A stretch of DNA of 33,233 bases. Origin: Actinomycetota bacterium (lineage in GTDB: Bacteria; Actinomycetota; CADDZG01; JAHWKV01; JAOPZY01). A program made the position numbers and the translations under genes. Under the pieces are notes generated by a model that was not told where the DNA came from, ran no database searches, and saw nothing but the letters and a program-made list of their open reading frames with translations. Shown in pieces: positions 26,773-33,233 of the stretch. Where the stretch lies: positions 1 to 33,233 of the forward strand of contig JAOPZY010000237.1 of assembly GCA_025963875.1 (NCBI GenBank). Reading direction: 5' to 3'. How positions within the stretch are numbered: the first letter of the stretch is position 1; each line of letters begins with the position of its first letter.

Positions 26773-28098
26773 ATGCCGGGGATGCTCAGCGCGCTCGCCG
26801 TCCTGTCGCTGGCAGCTCCCGCCTGGTCATCTACCCGTTTGCAGGGCGCGCGTTCCATTTCGAGTGTGGGCGGCGCCGTGGACTACTTCGAGCTCTCCGG
26901 GGTGATCGACCCGGTCTCGGCAAAGGCACTGGTCCGGGTGATCGCCTCGTCGGAGGCCTCGCAGGCCGCGGTCCTCATCGTCCGCCTCGACACCCCGGGG
27001 GGCTTACGGGTCTCCGTCACCGACCTGGTCGACCGCATCCGCCACGCGACGGTCCCCATCGTCGTGTGGATCGCTCCCCAGGGGGCCCGCGCCGCCGGCG
27101 CCGGCGTCTTCCTTGCCGACGCGGCGCCGGTCCTCGCCATGGGGCCGGGCACGACGCTCGGTCCGGTCGTCCCGGTGAACCTCGACGGGAAGACCGACCC
27201 GGCGGCCGCCATGGGCTACCTCAGGAGCATCGTCTCGGGCGGCCCCCGTTCGGTGACCACCGTTCCGGTGGGGGCGGTGAGCGACGAGGCCGCCGCCTCG
27301 GCCGGCATCATCAGCTTCCGTGCCGGGACCCTCGGCACGCTCCTGGCGAACCTCGACGGCAGGACCGTGCCCGTGGACGGCCAGCCGGTCAAGCTGTCCG
27401 TGGCCGGCGCCCCACTCCGGTTCCAGAAGCTCGGGTTCTTCGACCGCCTGCTGCACGCCGCCACCCGGCCCGCGGTCGCCTACATGCTCCTGCTGATCGG
27501 CCTGTTCGGGATCGTGTTCGAGCTGTACTTCCCGGGCATCGGGGCCGCCGGGTTGATGGGCGGCGGGGCGCTCGTCCTCTCGCTCTACGGCTTCAGCGTG
27601 ATGCCGACCTCATGGGCGGCGCTGGCGCTGGTCGTCGTGGGGATCGTGGCGTTCGTCCCCGACCTGCACAGCGGCGGCCTCGGCATCCCCACGGCGTTTG
27701 GCACGGTCGCGCTGGTGGCCGGCAGCATCCTGCTCTTCCCGCACGCCTCGCCGGCCCTTCGCCTGCCGTGGTGGGCGACCGTCGCGGGGGTCGCCGGGAC
27801 GCTGCTGTTCTTCATCTCGATCATGACCGCCGCCCTGCGGGCCAGGGCCGCTCGCCCGCCGGCCGGTATCGAGGGCCTGGTCGGCAGCGTGGGGCTGGCC
27901 AGGACGGACCTGGTGCCCGACGGCGAGGTCACCGCTGCCGGGTCGCTCTGGCGGGCCCGGACGCTGGGGGCGGCCATCCCCGAAGGCACCAGGGTACGCG
28001 TCCGCTCGGTGTCGGGGCTGCTGCTGCTCGTGGAGGGCGTTGAAGCTGGGGACGGAGCCGGCGAAACGTCCCATGACGAAGGCCCCGTCGAGGCGTAG
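26773..28098 (+). CDS. nfeD: long-form NfeD protein (ClpP-like N-domain, TM domain, C-terminal OB fold)
   Basis: LDTPGG and PIVVWIAPQGARAAGAG in the N-domain; LLLIGLFGIVFELYFPG TM block; GLVGSVG..DLVPDGEV..GSLWRA OB domain. Start is uncertain (26728/26773/26782). Confidence 0.9.
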   Translation: MPGMLSALAVLSLAAPAWSSTRLQGARSISSVGGAVDYFELSGVIDPVSAKALVRVIASSEASQAAVLIVRLDTPGGLRVSVTDLVDRIRHATVPIVVWIAPQGARAAGAGVFLADAAPVLAMGPGTTLGPVVPVNLDGKTDPAAAMGYLRSIVSGGPRSVTTVPVGAVSDEAAASAGIISFRAGTLGTLLANLDGRTVPVDGQPVKLSVAGAPLRFQKLGFFDRLLHAATRPAVAYMLLLIGLFGIVFELYFPGIGAAGLMGGGALVLSLYGFSVMPTSWAALALVVVGIVAFVPDLHSGGLGIPTAFGTVALVAGSILLFPHASPALRLPWWATVAGVAGTLLFFISIMTAALRARAARPPAGIEGLVGSVGLARTDLVPDGEVTAAGSLWRARTLGAAIPEGTRVRVRSVSGLLLLVEGVEAGDGAGETSHDEGPVEA

Positions 28099-28122
28099 CG
28101 GCCGCCGACGTTCGTCTGCTAT

Positions 28123-28155
28123 CGCGCGTATGTGCGCGAAAGGCGACTAACCTCC
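28123..28155. repeat. dispersed palindromic intergenic repeat, copy B
   Basis: CGCGCGTATGTGCGCGAAAGGCGACTAACCTCC, 30/33 identical to 21058-21090. Confidence 0.85.
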
Positions 28156-28216
28156 GCTCGGCCCGGCGGTGTCCCTCGCGCCCGGCTAGTGGTTAGAGTC
28201 TCCCGGGGGGGAGATC

Positions 28217-28882
28217 ATGCGGACCCGTTGGTGGGTGGGCTGTGCCATCGTGGCACTCGCGGGACTTGGGCTTACGGCGGGACCCGTTCCCGCCACGGCT
28301 CCGGCCGCATTCTCCTGCTCCCCTTCCTCCGGCACCCTGGGGGGCCTCCAGGTCCTCCAGCACGTCACGGCCACCGCCGAGTCTGGCAACGACCGGATCG
28401 TGTTCGAGTTCGCCACCCTCCCGGCCCCCTCGGGTGTGGGCGCCACCTACACGGTCTCGGCCGCCACGCCCCCGTTCACAGCCGGGGCACGTGGGCAGCC
28501 TCTGGCAGTCGCCGGGCAGTCGTTCGCCAAGGTGGCCTTCCACAACGCCTACCTGCAGGACCCCGTCAACGTGCCAGCCCGGGTCGCGTACACGGGCCCG
28601 CAGGACCTGAAGCCTGGTCTGGCACTCCTCTCGGAGGCCGTGGTATCGGACGCCTTCGAGGGCTCCCTCACCTGGATCCTCGGCCTCCAGCAGAAGGCAT
28701 GCTGGCGCGTGACGCAACTCAACGCGCCCGTGCGCCTGATCGTGGACCTTCAGCCCGTGACGCTGCCGGTGACCGGGGCGCAGATCCCCCCGGTGCCGCT
28801 CGGGGCCCTGGGGCTCGCCGCCCTCGCGGGTGGCCTCTTCCTGCGGCGGCGGGCTGGCGTTGCGGCTCGGAGAACGTTCTAG
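28217..28882 (+). CDS. secreted AMIN-like-domain protein with LPVTG sorting signal
   Basis: SD GGGGGGAG; signal peptide; DRIVFEF...DAFEGSLTWILGL...WRVTQLNAPVRLIVDL; LPVTG, hydrophobic stretch, RRR tail. Confidence 0.82.
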   Translation: MRTRWWVGCAIVALAGLGLTAGPVPATAPAAFSCSPSSGTLGGLQVLQHVTATAESGNDRIVFEFATLPAPSGVGATYTVSAATPPFTAGARGQPLAVAGQSFAKVAFHNAYLQDPVNVPARVAYTGPQDLKPGLALLSEAVVSDAFEGSLTWILGLQQKACWRVTQLNAPVRLIVDLQPVTLPVTGAQIPPVPLGALGLAALAGGLFLRRRAGVAARRTF

Positions 28883-28970
28883 AACGCCATTCTAAACGTC
28901 TTTGAGTATATTCTGGGGTATAACCCCGGTTTCTACTCACAGACTGTCCAAAGCCCTCGGGGGGACCTGC

Positions 28971-30242
28971 TTGCGCGAAGAGGCGGCGGCGGAGGCCAGG
29001 TACCGCCGCAAGCTGATGGGGTTGCTGTCGGCCGCCACCTTCTTCGAAGGCTACGACGGGTACGTCTTCTCGTTCGTGCTGGCCCAGGTGCTCACGACCT
29101 ACGGCGGCACCGAGCGGACCGGCGGCGTGATCCGGGCGATCACCATCGCCGGCACGGTGGCCGCCTTCTTCCTGGCGACGCAGGCCGACCGCATCGGCCG
29201 CCGGCGCCTGCTGCTCATCACCGTAACCGGCTACACCGTCATGACCGCGCTGACCTCGGCGGCACCCAACCTCGTCTGGTACACGGTCGCCCAGTTCCTG
29301 GCGCAGGTGTTCCTCGGAGCCGAGTGGGCGGCAGCGGTCACGATGGTCGTCGAGGAGTATCCCCAGGACCGCCGGGGCCGGGCACTGGGCATCCTGACCT
29401 CGATGGGGACCCTGGGGGGCATCTCGGTCGGGCTCCTGGGCTTCGCCGGGTTCATGGGCAATCCCCTCGGCTGGCGCGCGTTCTACCTCGTGGGGCTGAT
29501 CCCCCTCGTCGTCGTGGCGGTCGGGCGACGGGGGCTGCGGGAAACACGGCGCTACGAGGCGGCGACCCAGGCCGCCGACCTGAACCGCTCGGGCATCTTC
29601 GAGCCCTGGAAGCCGGAGTTCCGCCACAACGTCCTGGCCGTCGGGCTGACCCATTTCTTCCGGTACCTCGCCGTGTCGGCCGGGGTGGCCTGGTGGGTCT
29701 ACTACGCAGAGAAGGAGGCCCACATGTCGGTCTCCCTGACCGGACTGTACCTCGCCATCGCCGGCGTGGTGGGAGCGCTCGGATTCGTCATCGCCGGGAG
29801 GCTCATGGACCGATTCGGCCGGAAGCCGACCTTCCTCACCTACGTGGTCATGGCCGGCATCCTCGGCACCCTGCTGTTCCAGACCCATGCGCCGGGGCCG
29901 ATGCTGCCCCTGCTCTGCGGCACGATCTTCTTTGGGCTGGGCTCGGGCGCGGCGACGACCGCCTTCGCCACGGAATGCTTCCCCACCTACGTGCGAGGCC
30001 GGGCGGCGACGTGGTGCCGGAACGCCTTCGAGGTCCCCGGCGGGATCTTCGGGCCGCTGATCGTCGGGTTCCTCGGCGACCACCGCCACGGCGCCATCGG
30101 GTCCATCGGCGGGGCCGCGAGTCTGCTGTTCCTCGTCTGCACACTTCCGGTCATCGTCATCGCCTGGAAGGGCATCGCCGAGACGAAGGGCCTCGATCTC
30201 GGCACGCTGGATCCGGTGTCGGCGCCCGCTGCCGCTGGGTAA
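28971..30242 (+). CDS. MFS transporter (sugar/aromatic-acid-type)
   Basis: Motifs FFEGYD, QADRIGRRRLL, EEYPQDRRG, LMDRFGRKP, TECFPTYVRGRA and ETKG. Start chosen at the TTG after GGGGGGA (uncertain). Confidence 0.9.
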   Translation: MREEAAAEARYRRKLMGLLSAATFFEGYDGYVFSFVLAQVLTTYGGTERTGGVIRAITIAGTVAAFFLATQADRIGRRRLLLITVTGYTVMTALTSAAPNLVWYTVAQFLAQVFLGAEWAAAVTMVVEEYPQDRRGRALGILTSMGTLGGISVGLLGFAGFMGNPLGWRAFYLVGLIPLVVVAVGRRGLRETRRYEAATQAADLNRSGIFEPWKPEFRHNVLAVGLTHFFRYLAVSAGVAWWVYYAEKEAHMSVSLTGLYLAIAGVVGALGFVIAGRLMDRFGRKPTFLTYVVMAGILGTLLFQTHAPGPMLPLLCGTIFFGLGSGAATTAFATECFPTYVRGRAATWCRNAFEVPGGIFGPLIVGFLGDHRHGAIGSIGGAASLLFLVCTLPVIVIAWKGIAETKGLDLGTLDPVSAPAAAG

Positions 30243-30252
30243 GACCTCGGGA

Positions 30253-31434
30253 ATGACGACGCCGGGCGAGATCCGGCGGCAGGCCCTGGCGATCCTCGAG
30301 TCCCACTGGGACGCCGCGCTCCAGGCGACCCTGCCGCATCCAATGCAGTACCCGCACCGCTGGCTCTGGGACTCCTGCTTCCACGCCATCGCCTGGGCGG
30401 CGCTCGGGCGGCCGGAGGGCCTGGTGGAGCTGCGCTCGGTGCTGGGCACGGCGCTGCCGACGGTCCTCGGATGCGGATTCCTGCCGCACATGGTCTACGG
30501 CGATCCGGACCGCACCGGCGGCGGGGTCGACCGCGGGCCCCTCGCCGGGATGAGCTCGTTCACGCAGCCTGCGGTCCACGCGCTGGCCCTCGCCGAGATC
30601 GGCGAGCGCGGGTTCGAGCCACCCCCGTGGATGCACCGGGCCAGCGCCGACGCCCTCGCCTGGCTCTGGGATGCCCGCCTCCGGGACGGCCTGCTCACCA
30701 TCGCCCATCCCTGGGAGTCGGGCCAGGACATCTCACCGCGCTTCGACGACTGGTACGACGACCCCGGCTTCGCCAGTTTCGGCGAGCACTACGCCAAGCT
30801 CGTGCGGACCGCGAGCTACGACGCCGTCGGGGTCGCCGTGTCCAACAGCGCGGGAGTGGTCGCCCCTGCCGGGTTCAACGCGATCGCGGCCGATGCCGCA
30901 GCCAGGCTCCCCGCGTCCCCGGAGCTCCGGGGCTGGGGGCAGGAGCTGGCTCGCCAGATCGACCGCCAGCTGTGGAACCCGGAGGAGGATCTGTGGGACG
31001 ACCGTCCCGACGAGGCCCACCGTCCGGCCTGGCCCTGCGCGACGCTGCCAACGCTCGACGGGGTCCTCGGCGCTCTCGCGACGCAGTCCCGGCCCCGGGC
31101 CGAGCGGGCATTGCGCCAATGCGTCGGCGACGGCCGTTTCGCAGCGCCGTTCGGTCCACGCTTCCTACCGGCCGGCCACCCCGAGTACCAACCCGACGTC
31201 TACTGGCGAGGTCCGGCCTGGCCGCAGCTCAACTATCTGCTGGTCGTGGCGGCCCGGCGCCATGGGCTGGCCGACATCGCGTCGGAGCTCACCGAAACCA
31301 CCCTGCGCGGGGTTGTGGCAAGCGGGTTCTCCGAGTTCTGGCATCCGGAGACGGGCGAGGCGCGGGGAGCAACCCCCCAGTCGTGGGCGACGGTCGCCGT
31401 GGCCCTGCTCGCCCCGGTCGAGGCCAGGTTCTAG
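30253..31434 (+). CDS. GH63/MGH1-like glycoside hydrolase (mannosyl-/glucosylglycerate hydrolase-like)
   Basis: Motifs YPHRWLWDSCFHAI, HPWESGQDISPRFD, YWRGPAWPQLNY and GFSEFWHPETG. Confidence 0.88.
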   Translation: MTTPGEIRRQALAILESHWDAALQATLPHPMQYPHRWLWDSCFHAIAWAALGRPEGLVELRSVLGTALPTVLGCGFLPHMVYGDPDRTGGGVDRGPLAGMSSFTQPAVHALALAEIGERGFEPPPWMHRASADALAWLWDARLRDGLLTIAHPWESGQDISPRFDDWYDDPGFASFGEHYAKLVRTASYDAVGVAVSNSAGVVAPAGFNAIAADAAARLPASPELRGWGQELARQIDRQLWNPEEDLWDDRPDEAHRPAWPCATLPTLDGVLGALATQSRPRAERALRQCVGDGRFAAPFGPRFLPAGHPEYQPDVYWRGPAWPQLNYLLVVAARRHGLADIASELTETTLRGVVASGFSEFWHPETGEARGATPQSWATVAVALLAPVEARF

Positions 31435-31831
31435 CTGCTCTCACTTTCCTCGCGGTTATCGAACGAGCCCGCGCGGCGCGGGGGAGGACCTGGCCGACGA
31501 TGGCAGCCTGAAGGGCACCGACGATGCCGGCAAGCGGCACGTCCCCTGCGACCGGGAATCCTCCGGCAGCGAGGACCTCCCGGTACGCCCTGGGGCGTCG
31601 ATCGGCCAGCAGGGCGACGACGACGACATCGGGCCGGCGCTGGAACCGCGCCACAGCACTCAGCTCGTCCCCCGACGAGAGCGAGAGGATGATGGCGCTG
31701 CGGCCGGGGCGCTCGGCCCATGCGAAGAGGTCTGCGGGCTCGTCGGCAAGGAAGCCTGATGCCCGAAGGGCCTCCAGCAGGCCGGGGCGGGAACGGGCGA
31801 CAGCGGCGGATACGGCGATGGCGACGTTCAT
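31289..31831 (-). CDS. degenerate receiver-like (NarL/LuxR N-terminal) domain protein lacking an HTH; possibly truncated
   Basis: Strong SD AAGGAGG before ATG 31831. Alpha/beta receiver-like pattern ending ..IVGALQAAIVGQVL. The tail overlaps the convergent GH63 gene by 146 bp. Confidence 0.5.
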   Translation of the reverse strand: MNVAIAVSAAVARSRPGLLEALRASGFLADEPADLFAWAERPGRSAIILSLSSGDELSAVARFQRRPDVVVVALLADRRPRAYREVLAAGGFPVAGDVPLAGIVGALQAAIVGQVLPRAARARSITARKVRAARTWPRPGRAGPRRPSPTTGGLLPAPRPSPDARTRRTRLPQPRAGWFR

Positions 31832-32118
31832 CCAGGCCTCCTTGTCCCGGCCCCCGACCAGGGGGCTCCGTGCATAGCTCGGCTCAGCTCGTCGGGTTGC
31901 GGGATATGCAGGCACTGGGCCGGAAAATCAGTCTGCCATAAACTGAGCGTTCTGTCGCATTCCCTGGACGCTCTGTACACATCGTGCAAGCTCCTACACC
32001 GCCCCTTGTTCCCTTTGTTCTCCTTTTTCCCTGAACTAGAGAAAATTCCCCATTGGCGTTAGGCTAGCTCTCGGCAGATGCTGGGGTGGCACGACGGCTT
32101 TATCTCAGGAGACACCGC

Positions 32119-32691
32119 ATGGGTAAGGGGATGGACGAGGCGCTGGAGAGTCCTCGACGCCTGTTGGGACGCCCCCCCGGCGACGCGACGTTCCCCTCGG
32201 GTCCCGTGTCCGGGACGCTCGAGGCCGCGATGGTGCTCGACGCCGTGAGCGCAGAGGTCCACGAGGGTTTCGAGCGGGTGGTCTTCACCTTCCACCACTT
32301 CGGCTCGTCGCCCGGTGTGTGGGCGGATCTGCCGGCGGTCTACGCCGTCTCTGCCGACGCCCCACCGTTCACGTTCCGGGCCAGCGGCGAGCCCCTGGCC
32401 GTGGAGGGACGGGCCTTCCTAAGGGTCAACTTCCTGGAAATGTACGGGCACGCCTCCTCTGACCAGCCGACACCGTCGGGAGCCTTCCCTGGACGCAGCC
32501 CCCCCGAGTTGCGGCCGGGGCTCGAGGTCGTCGCCCAGGTCTGCCGGTCGGATGACTTCGAGGGCTACCTGGAGTGGATCATCGGACTCACCAGGGGGGC
32601 ACGGTGGCGGGTGACCCGGCTGGACGCTCCCGTGCGGCTCCTCGTCGACGTGGAGAACAGGGTCCAGCTCACTCCGCTCGGCAGCGCCTGA
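32119..32691 (+). CDS. AMIN-like-domain protein without signal peptide (paralogue of 28217-28882)
   Basis: SD AGGAG; FERVVFTF...PPFT..SGEPLAVEGRAFLRVNF...DDFEGYLEWIIGL..WRVTRLDAPVRLLVDV. Confidence 0.8.
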   Translation: MGKGMDEALESPRRLLGRPPGDATFPSGPVSGTLEAAMVLDAVSAEVHEGFERVVFTFHHFGSSPGVWADLPAVYAVSADAPPFTFRASGEPLAVEGRAFLRVNFLEMYGHASSDQPTPSGAFPGRSPPELRPGLEVVAQVCRSDDFEGYLEWIIGLTRGARWRVTRLDAPVRLLVDVENRVQLTPLGSA

Positions 32692-32863
32692 CTCTTTCCC
32701 GGGGGAGTAAGGACGCACCGCTAAATAGACTGCGCGATTGACAAGCGTTGTGCGACAGCCGGACCAGAGAGAGATTGCCGACCTGACGCCAAACGGCAAG
32801 GTGGCAACCCGCCCTCGGGCGCCATCAGATTTCTTCCGCCTGACGCCGAAACAGGCCAGTTCC

Positions 32864-32891
32864 TGTCGGCACCCTTCCGTACACTTGTTCG
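32864..32891 (+). promoter_or_regulatory. RecA-NDp/PafBC-type promoter TGTCGG-N10-TACACT overlapped by LexA-like box CGTAC-ACTT-GTTCG
   Basis: TGTCGG at 32864-32869, a 10-nt spacer, TACACT at 32880-32885. The SOS-like box at 32878-32891 has one mismatch. Directly upstream of the tnpB ATG. Confidence 0.72.
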
Positions 32892-32895
32892 CACG

Positions 32896-33233
32896 ATGGC
32901 TTCGTTCCGGTCCTTCCAGTACCTGCTCCAGCCCACGGCCCGCCAGGCCCGGGCGCTCAAGCACCTCCTCGGGGTGCAGTGCGAGGCCTACAACTCGGCG
33001 TTGGAGGAGCGACGTGAGGCGTGGAAGCGGGGCATCCGCGTCACCAGGTACGAGCAGTTCGCCCAGCTGAAGGACCTGCACGAGGTCCGCCCCGACTTCC
33101 TGCAGTACGGGGTCACCGTGGCCCGGGGCACGCTCACGCGCCTCGACCGGGCGTTCTCGGCGTTCTTCCGCAGGGTCGCCGCCGGGCAGAAGCCCGGCTT
33201 CCCGCGCTTCCGTGCCTGCAGCCGCTTCGACTG
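32896..33233 (+). CDS. tnpB: IS200/IS605-family RNA-guided endonuclease TnpB (5' part, runs off the window; absent from the ORF track)
   Basis: Manual translation gives MASFRSFQYLLQPTARQ..CEAYNSALEERREAW..YEQFAQLK..TLTRLDRAFSAFFRRV..KPGFPRFR, a classic TnpB N-terminus. No tnpA upstream. Confidence 0.93.
   Translation, partial: MASFRSFQYLLQPTARQARALKHLLGVQCEAYNSALEERREAWKRGIRVTRYEQFAQLKDLHEVRPDFLQYGVTVARGTLTRLDRAFSAFFRRVAAGQKPGFPRFRACSRFD

Noticed and set aside
32761..32830. SAM-I/IV-like riboswitch (CAGAGAG...GGCAACCC...GGGCGCC)
   Set aside because: It lacks the GGTGCC uridine and a convincing P1, and the downstream gene is tnpB rather than a sulfur-metabolism gene.

Overview
A high-GC chromosomal segment that looks actinomycetotal, probably from a deep-branching lineage (inferred from gene order and a large Alu-containing SRP RNA). 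The backbone is tRNA-Ser(GGA), ffs, dnaX-ybaB-recR-ask-asd, tRNA-Pro(CGG), a metallophosphoesterase and an ArsA/Get3-like ATPase pair. Around it lie a GH65/beta-PGM/MFS sugar operon, an MFS + GH63-like pair, two LPVTG-anchored surface proteins, an XRE regulator and a vapBC pair. Five things stand out. (1) A promoter-preceded ~170-nt four-stem pseudoknotted ncRNA candidate downstream of asd. (2) Two unrelated tnpB genes, both behind DNA-damage promoter motifs (LexA box; LexA box plus the PafBC/RecA-NDp motif); one sits in a transposase-less element with inverted ends and a G8 frameshift. (3) A 544-aa protein made of two ~87%-identical unknown domains plus a split-barrel-like domain, lying with a degenerate ThDP-enzyme fragment between the ArsA pair and the phosphoesterase. 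(4) Several ~35-47-bp nested palindromes in intergenic gaps. (5) An NfeD protein lacking its catalytic Ser. All calls come from reading motifs by eye; no searches were run.
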